Assembly: GCA_041690595.1 (NCBI GenBank) | Contig: JAWLHB010000033.1 | Location: 1-64,000, forward strand | Length of the DNA: 64,000 nucleotides | Reading direction: 5' to 3' | Source: Lentisphaeria bacterium | Lineage (GTDB): Bacteria; Verrucomicrobiota; Lentisphaeria; JABSQK01; JAWLHB01 | In this document: positions 19,147-29,594 of the stretch, one piece after another | Layout: each line of letters begins with the position of its first letter | Numbering within the stretch: the first letter of the stretch is position 1 | Made by a program: the position numbers and the translations under genes | Notes under the pieces: generated by a model | The model's input: the letters and a program-made list of their open reading frames with translations, nothing else | Database searches by the model: none | Told to the model about the DNA's origin: nothing

Positions 19147-20892
19147 ATGCCCACCGGCGATTCCCCCATCATCCATCTCGATTTTCACTCCCCGCAAGGG
19201 AACAGGCGCGAACGCTGCATCGGCGACTTCGAGCAGCTCATCGTTGCCGGCGATCTGAGTGAGGTGGTACCGGCGCTGAAGCAGGTCGATGCCGCCCTCG
19301 CCGCGGGGCGGGAGGTGATCGGCTGGCTGAGCTACGAGGCTGCTCCCGCATTCGATCCGGCCATGCGTACCCGCCCCCACGATCCCCACCTCCCACTCGT
19401 ATGGTTTGCGGTCGGGGGCCGCGAAATGCCGCGCCAACCCGCATCCGGCACCTGCCACTTCGGCGGCTGGACGGCCGCCGTCGCCATGGAACACTACGCC
19501 AAAGCGTTCGCCAGGATACAGAACCATATTGCCGACGGCGATACCTACCAGATCAACTACACCTTTCCCCTGCACAGCACCTTTCAAGGTGATGTCGCCG
19601 CCCTTTACGCGCAGCTTCGCCAAGCACAGGCAGCCGCATACTGCGCATGGATTCATACTGCCGAATGGGATATTCTCTCCGCGTCACCGGAACTCTTCTT
19701 TGCCGTCCAGGGAAGCCGCATCGTCACCCGCCCCATGAAAGGAACCCGCCCAAGGGGGCGAACCTCGGCGGAAGACGCGACGCTGGCGGCGGAGCTGGCA
19801 GGCGACCCGAAGGACCGTGCCGAGAACGTCATGATCGTCGACCTGCTCCGCAACGATCTGGGACGTATCGCGCGCATGGGCAGCGTCCGGCCGACCACCC
19901 TCTTCGCCGTCGAGAAGTACCCCACCGTCTGGCAAATGACCTCGACGGTGGAAGCGGAGCTCCCCCACGGATTGCCCCTCAGCTCCCTGTGGCAGGGCCT
20001 CTTTCCCTGTGGTTCCATTACTGGCGCGCCGAAGGTCAAGACCATGGAGATCATTGCCCGCGAGGAACCGGCCGCACGGGGTGTCTACTGCGGCTGCATC
20101 GGCTATGCGCGCCCAGGCGAGGCGATCTTCAACGTCGCGATCCGGACCCTGACCATTCGAGACGGCCAGGCCCGCTATCCCGTCGGCAGCGGCCTGGTGG
20201 CGGATTCGAAATGCGAAGCCGAATATGCCGAGTGCCTGGCAAAAGCGCGCGTTCTCGAACGAGCAGGCGTCCCCCCCTTCGAGCTGTTGGAAACCCTCGC
20301 CTGGCATCCACAACAGGGATATCTCCTGCTGGAGCGGCACCTGCGGCGGCTTCTGGATTCGTCGGACTACTTTCTCGTGCCGGCGCGACGCCCGCAACTC
20401 GAGCTGGCGCTGGAAGAGGCCGTCGCGGGCGCAGTGGAGGCGAGGCGAGTACGCCTGCTGGTATCGACGAGCGGCAACCCGCGCACCGAGAGCGCGCCAC
20501 TTGGCCGGAACCCGGTACGGCGCGTGGCGCTGGCGCGCACCCCTGTCGATGAACGCGATCCATTTCTCTACCACAAAACCACCCATCGCGAAGTCTACCG
20601 ACAGGCGCGCGAAGAAATGCCGGCCGCGGCCGACGATATTCTTCTCTTCAATAACAGGGGAGAACTCACCGAGAGCACCATTGCCAACCTGGCGCTGTGG
20701 CTGGATGGGAAGTGGCGCACGCCCCCCGTCTGCTGCGGACTTCTCGCCGGCACCATGCGAGCGGAGCTGGTCGAACGCGGGGAGTGGATCGAAGCGATTA
20801 TCCACCGCGAGCAGCTGACTCCTGCCTCACGGCTGCGGCTCTGCAACTCGGTGCGCGGCCTCTTCGACGTCGACTACCTCTCAGCCCACTGA
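19147..20892 (+). CDS. pabB: Aminodeoxychorismate synthase component I fused to a class IV aminotransferase/ADC lyase domain
   Basis: GDTYQINYT, SASPELFF, PMKGT, AENVMIVDLLRND and FPCGSITGAPK; C-terminal HKTTHR, ELTESTIANL and GLLAGTMR. Confidence 0.93.
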   Translation: MPTGDSPIIHLDFHSPQGNRRERCIGDFEQLIVAGDLSEVVPALKQVDAALAAGREVIGWLSYEAAPAFDPAMRTRPHDPHLPLVWFAVGGREMPRQPASGTCHFGGWTAAVAMEHYAKAFARIQNHIADGDTYQINYTFPLHSTFQGDVAALYAQLRQAQAAAYCAWIHTAEWDILSASPELFFAVQGSRIVTRPMKGTRPRGRTSAEDATLAAELAGDPKDRAENVMIVDLLRNDLGRIARMGSVRPTTLFAVEKYPTVWQMTSTVEAELPHGLPLSSLWQGLFPCGSITGAPKVKTMEIIAREEPAARGVYCGCIGYARPGEAIFNVAIRTLTIRDGQARYPVGSGLVADSKCEAEYAECLAKARVLERAGVPPFELLETLAWHPQQGYLLLERHLRRLLDSSDYFLVPARRPQLELALEEAVAGAVEARRVRLLVSTSGNPRTESAPLGRNPVRRVALARTPVDERDPFLYHKTTHREVYRQAREEMPAAADDILLFNNRGELTESTIANLALWLDGKWRTPPVCCGLLAGTMRAELVERGEWIEAIIHREQLTPASRLRLCNSVRGLFDVDYLSAH

Positions 20893-20905
20893 AGCCATCC
20901 GTCGC

Positions 20906-22870
20906 TCAGGGCTTGGTCTCTACCTTGATGTCCGCAATGCCGTTGATGAGCATCTCGGCATCAACCGGAATGACGCCGATCAGTTCCCCGAACCACGTGG
21001 CATCGAGAATATACGTGTTAGTGTCCGGAACCTGCCGATCCGTCTGCTTCTCGACAAGGGTCACTGTCGCTTCCAGCCGTAGCGGGTCTATACCGGATGA
21101 ATGTTCCCCCCGCAGCATGTACTGGAAGAGGTAGATCGGCTCCTTGCTGGGAAGGAAGCCCTTGATGATCCGATAGTTCAACTGGAAGATATGATACTCC
21201 CTCTCATCCCGGCGAATGTTCACGTCGCTGATTGAGCGCTGCCACTCCGTAAGCTTCTCGACCTTGATCTGCTGATCCTTGTCCGTGGTGATGGTGCTGG
21301 GGAAAGAAACGTCATCATACATGTACTCCGTGGACGGATTGCGGATGGTATCTCTGGAGCTGTTCTGCCGAGCCTGCATGGGCGTCATCCAGACGTAATT
21401 TTCGTCAATGCGCTGAAGACGCTGCTGCAATTGGGCGATCCGTTCTTCCTCGGCGCGGCGTTCCGCCTCCCTGGCCTCATTCGCCGCCTCGTTGGCCTCG
21501 CGATTCACCCGCGCATCGATCCGGATCTTGTTCACATGCTCAGCTACCTTCTTCTGGTATTCATAAGCATTCGCCGCGGAGCGTACGTAGGTGTCGGCGA
21601 TATCCCGCGTGTAATCGAAGATTCGATTCTCACCGGAAACCAGCGCCAGAGTCACTGAGAAATTGCTGACCCGATGTGGGTCGGAAGCAAGTGTGCCCTC
21701 ACCTTCGCAGCGAGGACACGGAAGAGTCGAGCCCGGCAAGGCGCGGCCAGGCATGACCTCGCCCGCAGTGGGAAGAGCAGCCTCGTCAACCGGCGCGGTT
21801 CCCCCTTCTGCAGCGGCGCCTTCACCTTCTCCGGCGGGCGCTGTTTCTCCCTCCGCGGGGCTCCCTGTTCCGGCGGCCGCGGCCGCGGCTGCCGCTGCCG
21901 ACTCCAGGCCCGGGTGCACTTTTCCGCTGCCGAAGCATTCCGGACAAATACTGCGCTGGCTGGTGGATGCCCGCGGACCACGTCCGCTCTCCGCATCCGG
22001 CCGCAACATCCACTGCCCCACATCCTTCTTCAGGATTGACAAGGTCAGCGATTCATTCAACGTCGTCGCATAGTCAGCGCCACCCAGATCATCCTTGAAA
22101 ACCCAGAAGACATCCTCGTTCCACAGGGGCGCGGGAATAATGGTGCCGAAATCCCGCGGCAGATTCGTCCACAGCGGTTTGTTCTTCAAGTAAGCCGTGG
22201 CAATGAACCCCTGTTCCGTACGATTGATGATCTTGATCTGGATCAGCGGGTTCAACTCCGACATCAGCACTTCCAGCTCTACGCGCATGTGCCCAAGCTC
22301 CGGCTTCTCCCAGAAATAACCATTGACGGCGATCATGCGTTCCCGCCATTCACTCGTGTAGCCCAGTCTCTGCAACTCGCCATTGAGCTTGACATTCGCC
22401 ATGCGCTCCTGCATTTCACGCAGTTGATGCCGTCGCTTGGCGATCAGATCCTTCAACGGTGTCTGATCCTGGCGAGCTCCCCATTTCAACCGCTCGCGGT
22501 CCAAGGGATGAATATCGTTCCATGGCACCTTCTGGTCGCCGATTCGAGCGTAGGCGGGCATCGACGCAATGTTCAGTTCACGAAAGTTGCCTTTGACCTC
22601 GACGTACCGGTTCGGGCCGCGCAGGCTCAGGATCGTCACACGGCTGTTCAACTGATACGGCTGGGCAAGAAGATCCAGATCGCGCTTCTCCTGGGCGAAT
22701 TCCGCCTCGATGGCGGCACGCACTTCTACCTTGATCTCCTCCAACTGCTCTTGGTATCGCTCGACGGAGAGGCGCTCCTCGGTCGTATTCATCTGGGCGC
22801 GCAGGGCGGGAATGTAGCTCAAGACCAGCGCCAGGAGGCAGAGCAACAATCGTGTGGTAGAAGCTGGCAT
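20906..22870 (-). CDS. Hypothetical secreted multidomain protein with a split CxxCxGxG zinc finger
   Basis: Signal peptide; CPECFGSG and CPRCEGEG; coiled-coil segment. Confidence 0.8.
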   Translation of the reverse strand: MPASTTRLLLCLLALVLSYIPALRAQMNTTEERLSVERYQEQLEEIKVEVRAAIEAEFAQEKRDLDLLAQPYQLNSRVTILSLRGPNRYVEVKGNFRELNIASMPAYARIGDQKVPWNDIHPLDRERLKWGARQDQTPLKDLIAKRRHQLREMQERMANVKLNGELQRLGYTSEWRERMIAVNGYFWEKPELGHMRVELEVLMSELNPLIQIKIINRTEQGFIATAYLKNKPLWTNLPRDFGTIIPAPLWNEDVFWVFKDDLGGADYATTLNESLTLSILKKDVGQWMLRPDAESGRGPRASTSQRSICPECFGSGKVHPGLESAAAAAAAAAGTGSPAEGETAPAGEGEGAAAEGGTAPVDEAALPTAGEVMPGRALPGSTLPCPRCEGEGTLASDPHRVSNFSVTLALVSGENRIFDYTRDIADTYVRSAANAYEYQKKVAEHVNKIRIDARVNREANEAANEAREAERRAEEERIAQLQQRLQRIDENYVWMTPMQARQNSSRDTIRNPSTEYMYDDVSFPSTITTDKDQQIKVEKLTEWQRSISDVNIRRDEREYHIFQLNYRIIKGFLPSKEPIYLFQYMLRGEHSSGIDPLRLEATVTLVEKQTDRQVPDTNTYILDATWFGELIGVIPVDAEMLINGIADIKVETKP

Positions 22871-23007
22871 GGTGGTTCCCCTTCGCTTAGCAAAAATGGT
22901 GCCGAATGTATGCATGTAGGTACCTTATGGGTCAAGCTCAATACAGTTGGCCCAGCTTATAATAGCGGCTGAGGCCGCCCTGGTCAACTCCTGAGCGTGC
23001 TTTCCAC

Positions 23008-24342
23008 TCATGGAAGATCGGCAAATCCGCTCTCCTCTGTCCTGACCGTTTCAAGCTCTTCTTCGAGTTCCGCATGAAATTTAGACGCCGTCGTGCGAAG
23101 AATATTCATCAGAAAGATCTCATGGCCCTCTGGCTCCGTCGGCACTTGCTGAGTCTGGCGGATGGCCAGATAGTTCAAAAACCCATGACGGTGACGTGGA
23201 CTCATGGCGTGACGAAAAAACCACCAGGCCTGCGCGTAGGCCAGCCCTACGCTACCGCTCGAACTCTCTGCCTCCTCAACGCGCGACAGGGCCAGAAGCT
23301 CCTGCCAGGGAACGAGCTCGCCATCACGAAGCGCCTGCTGAAGCAGTCCTATCCTCGCAATGTCCAGCGCTCCGGGCGTCGGCGTTTCAAAATACTGCGC
23401 CAGCCCTTCTTCCAGCCAGAAAGGGACCCGTTGCTCATCGTCGAGAATGTTCAGGACCAGAGAGAGAAGATGAGCGCCTTCATGACGGACCGCACGACTG
23501 TCCACCTGCCCGGAACGGGCTTCATCTCCTCTGGTCGGAGAGAGGTGTGGATTTCTATCCCTGAGAAAAAGGTAGAGCTGCCGGCCATTGCGCCGGAAAA
23601 AGCCGATCGAATTCACCAACTCCACGCTGTCCCCCGATCGGGCCGCTTCCACGTAACTGTGGTGGTCCGCGGCCAGCCACACATGCACATGTTCGGCCAA
23701 CTCGGTATCTGCCATGAGCGGCCGGAAGGTACGCACCATCTGATCCTGCAGAAGGCTCAGCGTGAGATAGACCTCATGAACCGTCGCAAAATCCCCAGCG
23801 CTGACAAACACATACGGTGCCAGAAAATAGGGGTTGCCCAGTTCTTCGTGGTCAAGAAGGAATCGCCAGTCACGCGGCGCCAGCGGCTCTTCCGAAATAC
23901 CAAGCTCCGCTTGGCGTCTGAGATCCGATGGGACCAGACGGTGTTGCTTGAAAGCACGACCATCGAACTCATTCACAAGATAGAAAGGCAGCCCGTCCGG
24001 ACCACGATGCTCGCTCAGCTTCCCGTAAACGATCGCCCCATCGCTACGCACCACCACATGCGATGGAACGATCCGCGCCATGCGTCTCTGAATCCCCTCG
24101 GCGCGCTTCGCCTCGGCATCGGTCAGGGGACGATCCCGATACTGATCCGACACCTTCCGATGCTGCATCCACAACGCGGGGCCGATAAAGCGCGCCGCCC
24201 TTTCAACTGGCGTATCCGCCACCCAACCATAAACGGGAGGCTGTTCATTCTGTACCGCATAGACCGTATAGAGGCCAAGAATGAGCACGAGGAGCACCAG
24301 ATTCCCCAGTTGCAGGATCAGACGCCACCGTTTCTTCTTCAT
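23008..24342 (-). CDS. DUF1570/peptidase MA-like zinc-binding protein, membrane-anchored
   Basis: RHEGAH, PFWLEEGLAQYFE and AYAQAW motifs; N-terminal TM segment. Confidence 0.8.
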   Translation of the reverse strand: MKKKRWRLILQLGNLVLLVLILGLYTVYAVQNEQPPVYGWVADTPVERAARFIGPALWMQHRKVSDQYRDRPLTDAEAKRAEGIQRRMARIVPSHVVVRSDGAIVYGKLSEHRGPDGLPFYLVNEFDGRAFKQHRLVPSDLRRQAELGISEEPLAPRDWRFLLDHEELGNPYFLAPYVFVSAGDFATVHEVYLTLSLLQDQMVRTFRPLMADTELAEHVHVWLAADHHSYVEAARSGDSVELVNSIGFFRRNGRQLYLFLRDRNPHLSPTRGDEARSGQVDSRAVRHEGAHLLSLVLNILDDEQRVPFWLEEGLAQYFETPTPGALDIARIGLLQQALRDGELVPWQELLALSRVEEAESSSGSVGLAYAQAWWFFRHAMSPRHRHGFLNYLAIRQTQQVPTEPEGHEIFLMNILRTTASKFHAELEEELETVRTEESGFADLP

Positions 24343-24486
24343 CTTCGCCTCAGATTTGCGGTGCTGCCAAGGCACAGCACACGGTGGAGAGCTGCCTCAA
24401 AGGATTTGAGATTGTCCACCCGGGGTGTAATGTAGCAGCTTTTGCCGATCCCTTCAATCTCATCCACCTTTCGAGGTTTCCTGCCC

Positions 24487-26238
24487 ATGCGACTCCAGTG
24501 CATTCACGATCTCACGGAATGGCTGCAGAGCACCCGCGGTGTTGCCGGCCTGGTCATCCAGCCCGAGTTGTGCCCAGCGGATATGACCGGCGACATCACC
24601 ATCAATTGCTTCCGCATGATCCGTGAACTGAAGGGCAATCCGCTCCAACTCGCCCAACAGGTGACCGACTTCCTCGCCAAGCATCCCGATGTCGAGCAGG
24701 TTGAGAGCGTCAAGGCCTTTGTCAATCTGACCGTCAGGAAAGAAGCATTGTTCCGAGATACGATCGCTGACGAAACGGCCCTGCTGGACTCCCCCCGCCT
24801 GCCGGAGGAACTGCGCCGACGCTATCTCGTCGAGTATTCCGCCCCCAATACCAACAAGCCCATGCACCTCGGTCACGTTCGCAACAATACCCTCGGCCAG
24901 GCAAACTGCGGCATCCTTTCCGCCGTCGGCCATGATGTCGTTCAGGCAAACCTGGTCAATGATCGCGGCGTGCATATCTGCAAATCCATGGTCGCCTACC
25001 AGCTCTTCGGCAACGGCATCACCCCAGAAGCCGCCAACATGAAAGGTGATCGCCTCGTTGGCGACTTCTATGTCAAGTACGCTACCGAAGAAAAGCGCCA
25101 GCAGGAAGCCGGAGAAGTCGACGCCCAAGGCACCACCATGATCGAAACCCAGGCTCAGGCGATGCTCCTCGCATGGGAGGCCGGCGATCTCCGCATCCGC
25201 GCTCTCTGGCAGAAGATGAACGGCTGGGTGCTCGAAGGTTTTGCCAGAACCTACGCCCGCATGGGCATCTCATTCCGACAAACCTATTTCGAGAGCGAAA
25301 CCTTCCGCATGGGCAAGGACAGCATTCGCCTTGGACTCGAAAAGGGCGTCTTCTACCGCCGCGACGACGGCGCTATCGAGATCGACCTCACCAGCCGCAA
25401 GCTCGACAAGAAAGTCGTCCTGCGCCCCGACGGTACCTCCGTCTATGTGACCCAGGACATCGGCACCACCCTCATGAAACGCGAGGATTTCCGCCCGGAG
25501 GTCATGGTCTGGATCGTCGGCGACGAACAGATCTACCATTTCAAGGTCCTCTTCGCCATCCTCGAGGAGATGGGCTACCCGTGGGCCGCCGAATGTCGTC
25601 ACCTCGCCTACGGCATGGTCAATCTCCCCACCGGCCGCATGAAGTCGCGCGAAGGTACCGTCGTCGATGCCGACGATCTCTTCGATGAACTGGCGCGTCT
25701 CGCCCGCATCGCCACCATGGAACGATGGGCCGACAATCCCCCCGCGGATATCGACCAGCGTGCCGAGGCGATCGGCCTTGGCGCCATCAAGTTCATGCTC
25801 CTCAAGGTCAGTCCACGCACCACCATGATCTTCGATCCCGAAGCCTCCATCAAGTTTGAAGGCGACACGGGCCCCTACGTCCTCTACGCCTATGCACGCA
25901 CCGCTTCCGTCCTCCGCAAGGCTGAAGACACCCAGATCGCCGAGGCGGACATTGACTGGTCGCTGCTGGGCGAGCCCGAAGAGCGCGCCCTCGCCCTCCG
26001 TCTCGCGCTCTACGGTCAGGCCATGCAGCAGGCTGCCGCCGATCTGGATCCCAGCAAGCTGGCGGACTACCTCCTCCAACTGGCGAAGGAGTTCAGCCGC
26101 TTCTGGAAGGAACAGAGCGTATTGCAGGCATCCTCCCCCGCGCTCATCCGCACCCGCCTGGCCCTCTGCGCCCGCGTCCGTATCGTCCTGCGCGCCGGAC
26201 TCAAAGCCCTCGCCATAGAACCACTCGAAGCGATGTAA
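24487..26238 (+). CDS. argS: Arginine--tRNA ligase
   Basis: EYSAPNTNKPMHLGHVRN (HIGH-type), MKSREG, GDTGPYVLY and C-terminal anticodon-binding domain ending LEAM. Confidence 0.96.
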   Translation: MRLQCIHDLTEWLQSTRGVAGLVIQPELCPADMTGDITINCFRMIRELKGNPLQLAQQVTDFLAKHPDVEQVESVKAFVNLTVRKEALFRDTIADETALLDSPRLPEELRRRYLVEYSAPNTNKPMHLGHVRNNTLGQANCGILSAVGHDVVQANLVNDRGVHICKSMVAYQLFGNGITPEAANMKGDRLVGDFYVKYATEEKRQQEAGEVDAQGTTMIETQAQAMLLAWEAGDLRIRALWQKMNGWVLEGFARTYARMGISFRQTYFESETFRMGKDSIRLGLEKGVFYRRDDGAIEIDLTSRKLDKKVVLRPDGTSVYVTQDIGTTLMKREDFRPEVMVWIVGDEQIYHFKVLFAILEEMGYPWAAECRHLAYGMVNLPTGRMKSREGTVVDADDLFDELARLARIATMERWADNPPADIDQRAEAIGLGAIKFMLLKVSPRTTMIFDPEASIKFEGDTGPYVLYAYARTASVLRKAEDTQIAEADIDWSLLGEPEERALALRLALYGQAMQQAAADLDPSKLADYLLQLAKEFSRFWKEQSVLQASSPALIRTRLALCARVRIVLRAGLKALAIEPLEAM

Positions 26239-26388
26239 CCTACCTGGCGCCCGGGCTTGGAGTCATTTCTTCAGGCGCATCTGATGCCATTCTTAACACG
26301 CCCCCTCAGACCCGCCAGACCTTGTCCGAGCTGTCTCCGCGTTCCCGCGTCCCCCCCGGGCAGCCGCGCTCCCCCTCCGCCGCTCGTT

Positions 26389-26422
26389 CTTTGCGATCTT
26401 TGCGATCTTTGTGGTTTATCCT
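26389..26422. repeat. 9-bp-period intergenic repeat (same family as the 47.7-49.6 kb repeats)
   Basis: CTTTGCGAT CTTTGCGAT CTTTGTGGT TTATCCT. Confidence 0.8.
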
Positions 26423-26430
26423 CCTGCCGA

Positions 26431-29400
26431 TTAGCTCAGCGCGGGATCGGACGGAGGCTCATCCGCCCGCCCCAAGAGGCGGCGGAGACCGATCTGCGCA
26501 TCCTGAACAAGGCTGAAGAGAGCCGGCACAAGGAAGAGGGTGAAGAGCGTGGAGACCGCCAGCCCGCCGATGACAATCGCACCCAGCCCCCGATACAGCT
26601 CTGTGCCCGAACCTTGTCCGATGGCAAGCGGAAGCATGCCGAGCACCGTCGTAGTCACGCTCATGCAGATGGGGCGGAGGCGAGTATCGCAGGAGGCGAT
26701 CAGCGCGCTGTCCATGTCCATTCCTTCACCGCGGAAGTTGAGTGCCTGGTGCACGATCAGAATCGCGTTGTTGACGACGATACCCGACAGGATGATCAAC
26801 CCCAGCATCGCGATCACGTCGAAGCCCACGAGTCCATCGCGCAGGTGGTGAGCGATCGTGATACCCAGAAACGCCCCTGACATCGCCATCGGGATCGTCA
26901 CCAGAATGATGGTCGGATAGATCCATGAGCGGAAGAGCGCCACCATCAGCAGATAGACAATCAGGATCGCCAGGACGAAGCTGTCCGTCATCGCGGCCAG
27001 CGTCGAGTTCAGCTTATCCGCCGTACCCGCCAGACGAACGAAGTAGCTCTGCGGCAGCGACCGGCGCGTCGGCATCAGGATGTTCTGCTCCACGACGTCG
27101 ATCACCTCCTGTAGCGAGGCCTGCGGCGTGAGATTGACCGTCAGTGTAATCGAACGCTCCTTCTCCACATGGTTGATCGCCGTCGGACCCGTTGTGGTCG
27201 TGATGTCGACCACGGTGCTCAGATTGACGATGCTGCCAGTCGGGGTATAAATGGTCACATCTCGAAGATCCTGACGGCTCTCGATGATCCCCTCTTTCGC
27301 GTAAAGCGTAAGGTCGATCTGATCCCCATCCTGATTGTAAAGCCCGACTACCTTGCCCGCCACGAGCCCTTCGACAATGTCCGCCACATCATTCACCCGC
27401 AGTCCCACCTGCGCCGTCCGCTCACGATTCAGTGTCACCTGCACCTCCGGACTCCCCTCGTTGTAGCTGCTGCGAACAAACTGGACTCCCTCCGTCGCAA
27501 AAAGCTGCCCCTGCATCCGCTGAGCCGTCTCCTGCAGGACCTCCAGCGACGGTCCGATGATATCGATCTCGATCTGCTTCCCCGGATCCTGGAAGATGCT
27601 CGCCTGTACCGGAAAGAGCGACTTGAAACCGTGGATCGACTGGGAGCGCCCGAAGAGCTCTCCCAGGAACGCCTGCATTTCCGGTTCGCTCGAGTACTCC
27701 TGGTTGACAATGATGCCGACCGCATTGAAGCGGGTGCCGAACACCGCAAAGATACGGTTCACCCGCGGATCCGCGAGGAGTTGCTGCTCCAGTGGCGCTA
27801 TCGACTCGATGCTCTTGTCCAGATTGCTCCCGACAAGAGGATCCGCAAAAACGAGAATCAGGTTGCGGTTACCCGACGGCAGGTACTCCGCCGGAGGAAG
27901 CAGACGCAGGCTGAAAAAGAAGAGCGCTACCACGGCAACAACAATCGCCAGCTTCACCACGATCCGCAGCACGGAACGGCCGATCATCCAGTGGATGACG
28001 CCACGATACGCCCAGCCCACCCCCGTGCCCACCCACTTGAAGGTGATGATGTTCGCCACCCGGCGGGCATGGCGCCAGCGAGAACTCCGCCACTCCTCCT
28101 CGCTCTTCGGCGGACGGCTGAGGCGGGCCGCCATCATCGGGATCACCGTGACGGCCGCTGTCAGCGAAAGCGATATCGCCAGACAGATGGCAATCGCGAT
28201 GTCCTTGAAAAGCTGGCCCGCTTCTTCCTGAATGAAGATGACCGGCAGAAAGACCGCCAGCGTGGTTAGCGTACTGATCAGGATCGCCCCCCACACCTCG
28301 TGCGTCGCCAGACGAGCCGCGTGCATTCCCCGCTTCCCCATCTCCAGATGACGGTAAATGTTCTCGATCACCACAATAGAGTTGTCGACGATCATCCCCG
28401 AACTGAACGCCAGACCCGCGAGGCTGATGATGTTGAGGCTACGCCCGAAGAACTTCATGAAGATGAAGACCGTGATGATGCAGATCGGGATCGTGGTCGC
28501 CACCACCAGCAGCGCCCGCCCCGAACGCAGAAAAACCAGCAGCACCAGACACGCCAGCATCGCCCCCAACCCAAGGTTCCTCCAGGCCAGCGTGATCGAC
28601 TCGTTGATGTAGTCTTCATCCGTGTAGGCGATATCGAGTTGCAGGTCGATTCCCTTCTGCGCAAACTCCGTGTTGATAACCGCAAGGCGACCCTTGATGT
28701 CCCGCGAAAGCTGCACCACATTCGCCCCTGTCTTCCGCAGGATCCCCATCACCACCGTCGGCTCGCCATTGTTGTGCACCGTCGAAAGCCGCTTCTTGAA
28801 GCCGGGCACCACCGTCGCCACTTCCTTCAGATAGACGGAGCCCTGCTCACTCCGCTTCACGATCAGCTCCAGCACCTGCTCAGGCGAGTTGAACTGGCCA
28901 ACCGTACGAAGCGTATACCGCCGCTTGCCTTCATCGAAGAAGCCACCGCGAACGTTCATGTTCTCGTTACGCAGCGCACCAACGAACTCACCCACCGTCA
29001 CCTTGCGCGCCACCAGCGCGTCCGGATCGATGCGGATCTGTATCTCCTGCTCTTCACCACCGAATACCCAGATATCACCCACACCCGAAACGCGCCGAAG
29101 CTGCGGTTCGACGATATCCTCCACAAGCTGGAACATCTCGTTCGGAGTACGCGTCCGCGAATTGGTGACCAGCCACATCGCCGGCTCCGAACTCTCGGAG
29201 GTCACCGAGTTGGGCACCGCCTCGTCCGCCTCTTCAGGAAAACCTTCCACCTGATTGAGCTTGCTGATGACGTCGATCATGGCCGTGTCCTTGTCCACGC
29301 CCCAGTCGAACTCCAGCGTCACCTGGCTGCTACCGTCCATCGACACACTGGTAACCCGGTTGATCCCCTCCACCCCGTCCATCTCCTCTTCGATTCGACG

Positions 29401-29592
29401 GGTGATCTGGTCCTCGATCTCGTAGGGAGACGCCCCACGATAGTTCGTGCTGATCTGAATCTCCGGCTTGTCCAGCGACGGCTTCAATTGAACTGGGATC
29501 GAATCCAGCGCCAGGTAGCCGAAGATCGCACACAGCAGCATGATCACGATCACCGTATGGGGACGCCCGACGGCGCCGTCGATGATAGTCAT
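26431..29592 (-). CDS. RND efflux permease, AcrB/AcrD/AcrF family
   Basis: 1053 aa; GMIVDNSIVVIENI, GIVVNNAIL and RLRPICMS motifs. Confidence 0.95.
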   Translation of the reverse strand: MTIIDGAVGRPHTVIVIMLLCAIFGYLALDSIPVQLKPSLDKPEIQISTNYRGASPYEIEDQITRRIEEEMDGVEGINRVTSVSMDGSSQVTLEFDWGVDKDTAMIDVISKLNQVEGFPEEADEAVPNSVTSESSEPAMWLVTNSRTRTPNEMFQLVEDIVEPQLRRVSGVGDIWVFGGEEQEIQIRIDPDALVARKVTVGEFVGALRNENMNVRGGFFDEGKRRYTLRTVGQFNSPEQVLELIVKRSEQGSVYLKEVATVVPGFKKRLSTVHNNGEPTVVMGILRKTGANVVQLSRDIKGRLAVINTEFAQKGIDLQLDIAYTDEDYINESITLAWRNLGLGAMLACLVLLVFLRSGRALLVVATTIPICIITVFIFMKFFGRSLNIISLAGLAFSSGMIVDNSIVVIENIYRHLEMGKRGMHAARLATHEVWGAILISTLTTLAVFLPVIFIQEEAGQLFKDIAIAICLAISLSLTAAVTVIPMMAARLSRPPKSEEEWRSSRWRHARRVANIITFKWVGTGVGWAYRGVIHWMIGRSVLRIVVKLAIVVAVVALFFFSLRLLPPAEYLPSGNRNLILVFADPLVGSNLDKSIESIAPLEQQLLADPRVNRIFAVFGTRFNAVGIIVNQEYSSEPEMQAFLGELFGRSQSIHGFKSLFPVQASIFQDPGKQIEIDIIGPSLEVLQETAQRMQGQLFATEGVQFVRSSYNEGSPEVQVTLNRERTAQVGLRVNDVADIVEGLVAGKVVGLYNQDGDQIDLTLYAKEGIIESRQDLRDVTIYTPTGSIVNLSTVVDITTTTGPTAINHVEKERSITLTVNLTPQASLQEVIDVVEQNILMPTRRSLPQSYFVRLAGTADKLNSTLAAMTDSFVLAILIVYLLMVALFRSWIYPTIILVTIPMAMSGAFLGITIAHHLRDGLVGFDVIAMLGLIILSGIVVNNAILIVHQALNFRGEGMDMDSALIASCDTRLRPICMSVTTTVLGMLPLAIGQGSGTELYRGLGAIVIGGLAVSTLFTLFLVPALFSLVQDAQIGLRRLLGRADEPPSDPALS

Positions 29593-29594
29593 GG

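Noticed and set aside
19147..20892. PabB-PabC fusion as a novelty
   Set aside because: This fusion is common in bacteria
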